From assembly GCF_900182835.1 (NCBI RefSeq), contig NZ_FXUB01000005.1, positions 34,906 to 66,905 on the forward strand: a stretch of DNA of 32,000 nucleotides. Reading direction: 5' to 3'. Under the pieces are notes generated by a model. The model was given only the letters and a program-made list of their open reading frames with translations. It was not told the DNA's origin and searched no databases. The DNA comes from Desulfurobacterium pacificum (GTDB lineage: Bacteria; Aquificota; Aquificia; Desulfurobacteriales; Desulfurobacteriaceae). Both the position numbers and the translations under genes were made by a program. Every line of letters begins with the position of its first letter. The stretch's first letter is position 1. Shown piece after piece: positions 1 through 7,670 of this stretch.

Positions 1-41
1 ACTTTAAGAGACGCTTTAAATAGAAATTAAAGGAGGCTAAC

Positions 42-590
42 TTGAAAAAGTCAATTTTAACGCTATCAGTTTTGCTAACACTTTCCTCTCTATCTTATGC
101 CAAAGAACCCACAAAAGTTGTTGCAGAGGTAAACGGCATAAAAATTACTGAACAGCAACTTGAAGAAGCCTTAAAAAGCGTTCCTCCAAATATGAAGAAC
201 GTACCAAATTTAAAAGGGATGGTTTTAGACAATCTCATTAAAGAGGACCTGCTTTACTCAGAAGCGTTAAAAGAAAACCTTGAAAACGACCCCGAAGTTA
301 AAAAGGCACTCGCAGCAGCAAAGAAGAGGATACTGATACTTTACTTACTTAAAAAACACGTTAAGCCTCCCAAAGTGGAAATTAGCGATGCTGAAGTCAA
401 AGCCTTTTACGAAAAGAACAAAAAAGTTTTCAGCATGAACGGAAAACCGATTGACTTCAATTCCCTAAAACCAAGACTAAAAGAAGTACTATTAGAAAAC
501 AAACGTAAGGAAGCTTACATAAAAAGCTTAAACGAGTACATCAAAAAGCTAAAAACCTCAAGCAAGGTAAAAGTATTTACCAACAAGTAA
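42..590 (+). CDS. SurA N-terminal-like periplasmic chaperone lacking a PPIase domain
   Basis: RBS aaggagg upstream; signal peptide MKKSILTLSVLLTLSSLSYA; 'VVAEVNGIKITEQQLEEAL' matches the SurA/PpiC N-terminal pattern; no rotamase domain visible. Confidence 0.7.
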   Translation: MKKSILTLSVLLTLSSLSYAKEPTKVVAEVNGIKITEQQLEEALKSVPPNMKNVPNLKGMVLDNLIKEDLLYSEALKENLENDPEVKKALAAAKKRILILYLLKKHVKPPKVEISDAEVKAFYEKNKKVFSMNGKPIDFNSLKPRLKEVLLENKRKEAYIKSLNEYIKKLKTSSKVKVFTNK

Positions 591-613
591 GACGCTTACG
601 GAGGAGTTAGGTT

Positions 614-1468
614 ATGAGTAGGAACCTGGTAATATTTCTTATCTCCATATTCATTTTCTCTATGCCTGCCACTGCCAAAATTGTAGATTACATAGCTGCC
701 ATCGTTAACGGAGAACCTGTACTTTATAGTGAAATAGTAAAGTTCGCCAAAGAAAACGGAATAGATGACCTTGAAAAAGCAAGAGATAAGGTAATAGAAA
801 GAAAAATCCTCCTCACCCAAGCCCAATCCGAAGGACTAAAAGTAACAGACAAAGAACTCAACGCAGCTTTAGAAGACTTAGCAAAAAGAAGTGGTGCGAA
901 GAACATCGCTGAATTTAAAAAGATGCTCCAATCTCAAGGAATATCCTTTGAAGACCTTAAGGAAAATTTGAAAGAACAACTACTAATAGCAAAGCTAATT
1001 GCAAGAGACGTTAAATCCAAAATCAATGTATCCGATGTAGAAATCCAGAAAATATGCAGCAGTTTAAAATCCCACCCCGTAAGAACCGTTTACTACATAT
1101 ATACTAAGAGTAAAGAAAAAGCCCAAAAGGCACTTGAACTCTTAAAACAAGGAGTTCCATTTGAAAAAGTAGCCAAAGAGCTATCAGAGGACCCTACAAC
1201 AGCCCAAAATGGCGGATACGTAGGAAAGGTAACGAAGGGTTCGTTAATTAAACCTCTTGACATAGCCGTATGGTCAACAAAACCTGGAACTTACAAGTTA
1301 GTAGAAACGAAAAACGGCTACTACATTGTCTTCGTTAAATCGCAAGAAACGCCATCCTGCAACGAAGAGGAAATTAGAAGACGTCTTTTCGTCCAAAAGT
1401 TCCAGAAAGCGCTCAAAGATTACATAGACAACCTGAAAAGAACCGCAAGCGTTAAGGTTTACATGTAG
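614..1468 (+). CDS. SurA/PpiC-type peptidyl-prolyl cis-trans isomerase
   Basis: Signal peptide; 'IVNGEPVLYSEI' N-terminal domain; rotamase-like 'GVPFEKVAKELSEDPTTAQNGGYVGKV...LIKPLDIAVW...GYYIVFV'. Confidence 0.85.
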   Translation: MSRNLVIFLISIFIFSMPATAKIVDYIAAIVNGEPVLYSEIVKFAKENGIDDLEKARDKVIERKILLTQAQSEGLKVTDKELNAALEDLAKRSGAKNIAEFKKMLQSQGISFEDLKENLKEQLLIAKLIARDVKSKINVSDVEIQKICSSLKSHPVRTVYYIYTKSKEKAQKALELLKQGVPFEKVAKELSEDPTTAQNGGYVGKVTKGSLIKPLDIAVWSTKPGTYKLVETKNGYYIVFVKSQETPSCNEEEIRRRLFVQKFQKALKDYIDNLKRTASVKVYM

Positions 1469-1484
1469 GTCAGGAGGAAGTCTA

Positions 1485-2126
1485 TTGGTTACCGTAAAAC
1501 TCAAACCAATAGAAGAAATAGTAAAGTATGTGAACAAAGAGTGGAATATCGGAATTGTTGGTTGCGAAATCGGTTCATCAAGGTGTAAAAACGGCGGGCT
1601 AAAGGAAGCCAAGGAGTTAGCAGAAGCTTTGGCAGTAAACGGCTATGCAGTGAGTCTTATAGCTTCGCCAGGCGGAACGTGCATATTAGAAAGACTCAAA
1701 AGGAACGTTCTACAAAATATAGAAAGCAAATGCGATGTAGTAATCTCTTTAGCCTGCGGCGCAGGAACGCAGGTATTGGCAGAAAACCTTGACATTCCAG
1801 TAATAACAGGCGTTGATACCCTCTTCATCGGAGCAGAAGTAGATAGCCATACCTTTAAAGAGTACTGCATTGCCTGCGGCGATTGTATGATTTCTTCAAC
1901 CGGGGGTATATGTCCAGTAGCAAGATGTCCAAAATCGCTCCTGAACGGTCCGTGCGGAGGAGCAATTGATGGAAAATGTGAAGTAAACCCTTCTATGCCG
2001 TGTATCTGGTACACCATTGAGAAGAAAATGGAAGAGTTGGAAACTATTACAAGCCTCAAGTTACCAAAACCTCCTGCTGATTACTCCAAATCTGTTTATC
2101 CGCGAGAACTGAAGGTGGAGGACTGA
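1485..2126 (+). CDS. metV: Methylenetetrahydrofolate reductase C-terminal domain-like, Cys-rich MetV-type protein
   Basis: TTG start after RBS aggagg; Cys-rich 'EYCIACGDCMISSTGGICPVARCPKSLLNGPCGGAIDGKCEV'; lies directly upstream of metF. Confidence 0.8.
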   Translation: MVTVKLKPIEEIVKYVNKEWNIGIVGCEIGSSRCKNGGLKEAKELAEALAVNGYAVSLIASPGGTCILERLKRNVLQNIESKCDVVISLACGAGTQVLAENLDIPVITGVDTLFIGAEVDSHTFKEYCIACGDCMISSTGGICPVARCPKSLLNGPCGGAIDGKCEVNPSMPCIWYTIEKKMEELETITSLKLPKPPADYSKSVYPRELKVED

Positions 2127-2127
2127 A

Positions 2128-3006
2128 TTGACTCTGCGCGAAAAACTCGACAGCAACACGTTCATCATAACTGCTGAAATAGCACCTCCAAGAGGGATTA
2201 ACTGGGAAAAAACGATAAAAGAGATTGAACCCCTCCGCGATAAGGTTGATGCCTTTAATGTAACAGATTGTCAACGTTCAATGCTCAGAATGTCCTCAAT
2301 AGCAATGTCAAAAATACTGTTGGACAATGGATTTGACCCCATCCTTCAAATAACCTGTAGAGATAGAAACAGAATCGCCCTGCAATCAGAACTTTTAGGA
2401 GCAGCTGCTTTTGGCATTCAAAACGTTTGTTTAATGACAGGGGACTTCACCACTTTAGGAGATGTACCGCAGGCAAAACCGGTCTTTGATGTAGACTCCG
2501 TTCAGCTAATAAAAAGCGTTAGCGACATGAACAAAGGAAAACTTATCAACGGAAAAGATTTAGATAAACCTACTTCTTTTACCATAGGTGCGGTTTACAA
2601 CCCTTTCGCAGGTCCTCCAAAACTCCAAGTATGGAAATTGGAAAAAAAGATAAGAGCTGGAGCAACGTTCATACAGACGCAACCTGTTTACGATGTAAAA
2701 AAGGCAAAAGAGGTAACAGAAATAATCAGGGATTTAGGAGGAAAAGCCATAATTGGACTACTGCCTATCAGAAGCGTCAAGATGGCTAACTTTATAGAGA
2801 AGTTAAATCCAGGTTCTGTCCCAGAAAACCTAAAAAAAGCGATAGAAAACGCTGAAAAGCCTGCAGAATATGGATGGAAATATACAATTGAATTAGCAAA
2901 AGCGATATCGGAGTTTGCCGACGGTGTTCATTTCATGCTGGTAGGAAAGGTAAAAGAGTTGGCAGATTTCATAACTTACTTGAGGAATAACCATAGGAGA
3001 CTATGA
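2128..3006 (+). CDS. metF: Methylenetetrahydrofolate reductase
   Basis: 'FIITAEIAPPRG', 'QITCRDRNRIALQSELLGAAAFGIQNVCLMTGD', 'GATFIQTQPVYD', 'GLLPIRS' motifs. Confidence 0.9.
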   Translation: MTLREKLDSNTFIITAEIAPPRGINWEKTIKEIEPLRDKVDAFNVTDCQRSMLRMSSIAMSKILLDNGFDPILQITCRDRNRIALQSELLGAAAFGIQNVCLMTGDFTTLGDVPQAKPVFDVDSVQLIKSVSDMNKGKLINGKDLDKPTSFTIGAVYNPFAGPPKLQVWKLEKKIRAGATFIQTQPVYDVKKAKEVTEIIRDLGGKAIIGLLPIRSVKMANFIEKLNPGSVPENLKKAIENAEKPAEYGWKYTIELAKAISEFADGVHFMLVGKVKELADFITYLRNNHRRL

Positions 3007-3696
3007 ATGAAAGGTAAACTCCCCGTTCATGTAGGAATAATAATGGACGGCAACGGTAGGTGGGCTACAAAGAGAGGACTACCGCGGATAGAAGGGCACC
3101 GAAAAGGAGCAGAAGTTACAGAAAAGATAGTAAAAGCTGCAAGCAATTTAGGTATAAAATACCTTTCCCTATACGCCTTCTCTACAGAAAACTGGAAAAG
3201 ACCAAAGGAAGAGGTAGAGTTTCTTTTTAACCTAATGTATGAATACATCAACTCTCGCCTTTCTCTATTCTTAGAAAATAACGTAAAGTTCAAAACTATA
3301 GGAAGACTTTGGGAACTTCCCCAATACCTTCAGGAAGGATTCAAATCCATAGAAGAGAAAACCGGTCATTGTACGGGAATGACTGCCGTTTTTGCAGTTA
3401 ACTACGGAGGAAGACAGGAAATAATAGACGCAGTAAACAGATTAATCAAAGATGGAGTTCAAAACGTTACGCCGGAAGTTCTCCAAAAATACGTATATAT
3501 GCCGGAGCTACCCGATGTTGACCTGATAATAAGGACAAGCGGCGAAATGAGAATTTCCAACTTTCTACTCTGGCAATCGGCTTACGCTGAATTGTGGTTT
3601 ACAAAAACGCTATGGCCCGATTTTACAGAAGAGGAGTTCTTAGAAGCAATTGAAGATTTTAAAAGGAGAGACAGAAAGTTCGGCGGAATAAAATGA
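3007..3696 (+). CDS. uppS: Isoprenyl transferase / undecaprenyl diphosphate synthase
   Basis: 'HVGIIMDGNGRWATKRGLPRIEGHRKG', 'YAFSTENWKRP', 'RTSGEMRISNFLLWQSAYAELWFTKTLWPDF'. Confidence 0.97.
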   Translation: MKGKLPVHVGIIMDGNGRWATKRGLPRIEGHRKGAEVTEKIVKAASNLGIKYLSLYAFSTENWKRPKEEVEFLFNLMYEYINSRLSLFLENNVKFKTIGRLWELPQYLQEGFKSIEEKTGHCTGMTAVFAVNYGGRQEIIDAVNRLIKDGVQNVTPEVLQKYVYMPELPDVDLIIRTSGEMRISNFLLWQSAYAELWFTKTLWPDFTEEEFLEAIEDFKRRDRKFGGIK

Positions 3697-4448
3697 AAGA
3701 AAGACTTTTAGGTTCTCTTTTAGTTATCGTTTATGCGTTGCTTTTATACTTTTCATCAAAAGAGATTTACCAGATACTCGTTTACCTGTTAGGATTTGCC
3801 TGCGTTAGCGAGTCTTTAAAAATTAGTGGAAGTTTAGGAGAAGAAAAGTATTTCTTTGGACTAATTCTGTTTTCTCTACTCTACTCCATAGGAGTAAACT
3901 TCCCACATCTCCTACCTGTATTCCCCGTTACTGCAGTCCTTTTTCTTTTTGCAACAGAACTTATAGATGAAAAGGAAATATCCAAAAACTTTTTTGCCGT
4001 AGCCTTAATGTTCCTCTACATACTTATAGGTATAACCTCCATCGGATGTCTCAATAAAAAGTTTTTCCTGCTTTTACTTTCACTTGTATGGGCAACAGAT
4101 ACATTTGCCTACCTAACGGGAAAGTTCTTCGGAAAAAGGAAACTAATACCTGCTGTAAGTCCCAAAAAGACGGTGGAAGGAGCAATAGGCGGAACGTTGG
4201 GTGGCGCAATCACAACAGTATTAATAGCAAAACTTTTAGGTATCCCTTTAAGCTATTTACAGATACTTATAGTTCTGTTTTTAACAATAATTGCCCAATT
4301 AGGAGACCTGTTTGAAAGTTTCTACAAGAGAACCTTTGGAGTGAAAGATTCGGGTAAGATTCTCCCTGGTCACGGCGGGGTTTTAGATAGACTTGACAGT
4401 AGTTTGGCAGTTGCACCCTTTCTCTTTTTAATAGGAGGTGGAGCGTGA
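3693..4448 (+). CDS. cdsA: Phosphatidate cytidylyltransferase
   Basis: Multi-TM protein; 'GKRKLIPAVSPKKTVEGAIGG' and the C-terminal CDS signature 'KDSGKILPGHGGVLDRLDSSLAVAPFLF'. Confidence 0.93.
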   Translation: MKERLLGSLLVIVYALLLYFSSKEIYQILVYLLGFACVSESLKISGSLGEEKYFFGLILFSLLYSIGVNFPHLLPVFPVTAVLFLFATELIDEKEISKNFFAVALMFLYILIGITSIGCLNKKFFLLLLSLVWATDTFAYLTGKFFGKRKLIPAVSPKKTVEGAIGGTLGGAITTVLIAKLLGIPLSYLQILIVLFLTIIAQLGDLFESFYKRTFGVKDSGKILPGHGGVLDRLDSSLAVAPFLFLIGGGA

Positions 4449-5431
4449 AAATAGAAATTGGACACGGTTCTGGAGGTAAACTAACCAGAGAACTGATAGA
4501 AAAGGTGTTCTTAAAACATTTTGACTTTCCAGAACTTAAATCTCTTCAAGATGCAACAATTCTATCTGCAGAAAGTGAAAAAATCGGTATCACTACAGAT
4601 TCTTACGTAATTCGCCCCCTGTTCTTTCCGGGAGGAAACATAGGGAAACTCAGCGTTTGTGGAACGATAAACGACTTAACTGTTTCAGGTAATATACCCC
4701 TCTATATTTCTGTCGGTTTCATAATTGAGGAAGGTACAGAGTTTGAAACGCTTGAAAATATAGTCAAAGCTATGGCAGAAACCGCTGCGAAGAGTAACGT
4801 AAAGATTGTCGCAGGCGATACAAAAGTAGTAGAAAAGGGGAAGTGTGACGGCGTTTACATAAACACAACCGGAGTAGGAAAGAACGTAAGAACCTTAACA
4901 CCTTTAAACGCACAGGAAGGAGACGTCATAATAGTTACAGGATTTATTGGCGACCACGGTATAGCCATCTCTCTATCAAGAGAAGAATTCGATATAGAAA
5001 CGGCGGTTTTAAGCGACTGCGCTCCGTTAAATAGCCTTCTCACTCCACTATTTGAAATCCCAACGCTTCGCTGGATGAGAGACCCTACAAGAGGAGGACT
5101 TGCAACCGTTTTAATTGAGTTTTCTGAAAGTAGTGGCTTAGGAGTAAAACTTTATGAAGAGAAAATTCCTATAAGGGAAGAAGTAAGGTTCATATGCGAT
5201 ATGTTGGGATACGACCCTCTTTACCTTGCTAACGAAGGCAAAGCCGTAATAGTTATAGGAAAGGAGGATGCAGAAAAAGCGCTTGAAATACTTAAATCCC
5301 ACGAGTTAGGGAAAAACGCAGAAATAGTTGGAGAAGTTACAGGAGACAAAAAAGTTCAATTGATTACATCCATAGGTGGAGTTCGTCATTTAGAACTGTT
5401 AGAAGAAGACCCTCTACCGAGGATTTGCTAA
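4445..5431 (+). CDS. hypE: Hydrogenase expression/formation protein HypE
   Basis: N-terminal 'GHGSGGKLTRELI', AIR-synthase-like 'GDTKVVEKGKCDGVYINTTGVG', 'MRDPTRGGLA', C-terminal 'DPLPRIC'. Confidence 0.97.
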   Translation: MKIEIGHGSGGKLTRELIEKVFLKHFDFPELKSLQDATILSAESEKIGITTDSYVIRPLFFPGGNIGKLSVCGTINDLTVSGNIPLYISVGFIIEEGTEFETLENIVKAMAETAAKSNVKIVAGDTKVVEKGKCDGVYINTTGVGKNVRTLTPLNAQEGDVIIVTGFIGDHGIAISLSREEFDIETAVLSDCAPLNSLLTPLFEIPTLRWMRDPTRGGLATVLIEFSESSGLGVKLYEEKIPIREEVRFICDMLGYDPLYLANEGKAVIVIGKEDAEKALEILKSHELGKNAEIVGEVTGDKKVQLITSIGGVRHLELLEEDPLPRIC

Positions 5432-6198
5432 TGGAACACTACGTGAAGATAGTTGTTGTATCTTACCTAATGATTTTAGCAGTAGCTTACTTTGACAGGA
5501 AATTCAACGTTGGGTTCTGGAAGGAGATTCTGCGTTCTTCTGTACTTTCACTTTTACAACTTGTAGCAGTGGGATTTATCATTCTATTCCTGTTAAAGTT
5601 AAAACTGAACTACGTTAACTTTGCGATAGTTTTACTCTTTTTCGTAAACGCTTCTATAATCTCAACTAAGCGTTTTGAGTTTAAGGGGTATCCGCGGAAG
5701 TGGGGATTTTTTATAACGTTTATGTCAATATCCACAATGTCAATAGTATCTTTAACGCTTTTGTATATGTCTGGTATCCTCCACTTTAAAGCTAACAGCC
5801 TTATACCGTTAGCTGGTATAGTAACTGCCGCAGGAATGAGAAGCTTATCCTTAGGATACAAATACCTAAAAACAAAACTCCGAGATTTAGAAGACATAAT
5901 ACTGGGAATGGCTGCCCTCGGGGCTTCTAACGTCCAGATATTCCATTTTATTTTTAAAGAACTGATAAACGATATAACCGTTCCAGTAAGAGACATGTTG
6001 CGGTCAGCAGGTATAGTCCATATACCTGGTGTTATGGTTGGTTTACTGTTAGCCGGCATCATTCCCATTAAAGCAGCTTTGGTTCAGTTTGCTGTACTAT
6101 CAACCATGGTATTCCAGTTTACGTTCGTTCCCGCAATAGCCCTATTCACCTTAATAGAAAAGTTTGGAATAAAAATAGAAAGCGGAGGAGCACATTGA
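5431..6198 (+). CDS. UPF0014/FetB-like ABC transporter permease
   Basis: Multi-TM protein, 'LLQLVAVGFIILFLLKL', 'RDMLRSAGIVHIPGVMVGLLLAG..P..A...Q'. ATG at 5431 overlaps the hypE stop (TAATG); the ORF track starts at a TTG at 5425. Confidence 0.75.
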   Translation: MEHYVKIVVVSYLMILAVAYFDRKFNVGFWKEILRSSVLSLLQLVAVGFIILFLLKLKLNYVNFAIVLLFFVNASIISTKRFEFKGYPRKWGFFITFMSISTMSIVSLTLLYMSGILHFKANSLIPLAGIVTAAGMRSLSLGYKYLKTKLRDLEDIILGMAALGASNVQIFHFIFKELINDITVPVRDMLRSAGIVHIPGVMVGLLLAGIIPIKAALVQFAVLSTMVFQFTFVPAIALFTLIEKFGIKIESGGAH

Positions 6199-7244
6199 GA
6201 AAAGAGAAAGTAAAAGAGTTAGTTAAATTAATTCATGAAATCAACCCTAAAGATAGAAAGATAAAAATTATGAACGTATGCGGTTCTCATGAACATACGA
6301 TAACTTATAGTGGAATGAGAAGTTTAATGCCTGAAAACATTGAATTGGTTCCCGGACCAGGATGTCCAGTATGTGTATGTTCAGAAAGCGACATCATAAA
6401 CGCTATAAGACTTTCACAAAGAGATGACACAATTTTGGTAACCTATGGCGATATGCTAAGGGTTCCCACAAAAGAAGGTTCCATACGGACCAGCGGGAAA
6501 AACTATAAGATGATATCAGCTCCACACGAAGTACTAAAAATAGCCAAAGAAAATCCTGATAAAAACGTGGTTTTCTTCTCCATAGGTTTTGAAACTACAA
6601 CAGCTCCTACAGCTGCACTGATAGAGATGGGACTACCAGAAAACGTAACGATACTTACATCTCAAAAGCTTACACCGGAAATCATGGAAATTTTAGTAAA
6701 AGACGAAGAAGTAGGAGTTGATGCATTCGTTGCTCCAGGGCACGTTTCTGCAATAGTAGGTGCGAACGCTTGGAGAGTTTTTCCAGAAAAGTATGGAATT
6801 CCTACAGTAGTTGCTGGTTTTGAACCAGATAACCTTCTTTTAGCAATATTGAGAATCCTGTACCAAATAAGAGAAGGAAAAAGCGAACTTGAAAACGTTT
6901 ACAGAGGAGTGGTAAGACCGGAGGGGAACGTTAAAGCCCAAAAGCTGATGTATAAATATTTTGAAAAGGCTGATGTAAACTGGAGAGGCATCGGATTAAT
7001 ACCCAAATCTGGTCTTGAATTCCGAGAAGAATACAACCATATAAACGCTAAAAAAGTATTCAACCTTCCAGAGATAGAAGAGGAAAAAGTTAAAGGATGT
7101 ATCTGTGACAAAATAGTTTTAGGTAAAGCTTATCCCAATGAGTGCAAATTGTTTGGAAAAGCATGCACTCCTTCAAACCCCAAAGGACCCTGTATGGTAT
7201 CAATGGAAGGAGCTTGCAACATATGGTACAGGTTCGGGAAATAA
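6195..7244 (+). CDS. hypD: Hydrogenase expression/formation protein HypD
   Basis: 'MNVCGSHEHTITYSGMRSLMPENIELVPGPGCPVCVC', 'FFSIGFETTTAPTA', 'PGHVSAIVGANAW', Cys-rich C terminus. Confidence 0.97.
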   Translation: MRKEKVKELVKLIHEINPKDRKIKIMNVCGSHEHTITYSGMRSLMPENIELVPGPGCPVCVCSESDIINAIRLSQRDDTILVTYGDMLRVPTKEGSIRTSGKNYKMISAPHEVLKIAKENPDKNVVFFSIGFETTTAPTAALIEMGLPENVTILTSQKLTPEIMEILVKDEEVGVDAFVAPGHVSAIVGANAWRVFPEKYGIPTVVAGFEPDNLLLAILRILYQIREGKSELENVYRGVVRPEGNVKAQKLMYKYFEKADVNWRGIGLIPKSGLEFREEYNHINAKKVFNLPEIEEEKVKGCICDKIVLGKAYPNECKLFGKACTPSNPKGPCMVSMEGACNIWYRFGK

Positions 7245-7258
7245 CTCCCGAACCTGTA
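7227..7258. terminator. Hairpin between convergent genes, candidate bidirectional terminator
   Basis: Perfect 13-bp stem TACAGGTTCGGGA (7227-7239) / TCCCGAACCTGTA (7246-7258) with 6-nt loop; overlaps the last hypD codons and stop, and sits just past the minus-strand stop at 7263. No strong U-tract. Confidence 0.5.
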
Positions 7259-7262
7259 AAAT

Positions 7263-7616
7263 TTAAAACCAGGTATAAGGGTCAATTTCTTTCTGGTCGT
7301 TTAATGCAAGCCATCCTTTTATAGTTCTGTACAAGAACCACACAATGTCAGCAAGAATTACAATAACGCCCACAAAAATAAAAGACAAGATAAAGCCCAC
7401 TATTCCAACTATTAAAGATATCCAGAAAGTCCTTATCTGATACTCAAAATGAGATTCCACCCACGTCCCAGTAGCATCCTTCTTCTTCAGGTAAGCGATA
7501 ATAACACCTGCAATAGAAGTTAATCCTATCACCAGACTGAGGACGTAAAGAATGTAAACTATGAGTGCATATTTTTTAAGTTCCTCTACTCTAACATCTT
7601 TTTCAACACCCTCCAT
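7263..7616 (-). CDS. DUF4870-like small membrane protein
   Basis: Several hydrophobic segments; 'LTSIAGVIIAYLKKKDATGTWVESHFEYQIRTFWISL' and 'WFLYRTIKGWLALND' resemble DUF4870 proteins; upstream ggagg. Confidence 0.65.
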   Translation of the reverse strand: MEGVEKDVRVEELKKYALIVYILYVLSLVIGLTSIAGVIIAYLKKKDATGTWVESHFEYQIRTFWISLIVGIVGFILSFIFVGVIVILADIVWFLYRTIKGWLALNDQKEIDPYTWF

Positions 7617-7670
7617 CTGCCCCTCCTAATAAGTTTTTCTTATTCTATCACAAAAAACGCTCATAAGACT

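Noticed and set aside
596-2274. Minus-strand ORFs over surA-like, metV and metF genes (596-826, 1298-1612, 1643-2059, 2056-2274)
   Set aside because: They lie opposite confidently assigned genes, lack RBS support, and have low-complexity translations.
7142-7324. 60-aa plus-strand ORF MQIVWKSMHSFKPQR...
   Set aside because: It overlaps the hypD 3' end and the convergent DUF4870-like gene, with no RBS or conserved pattern.
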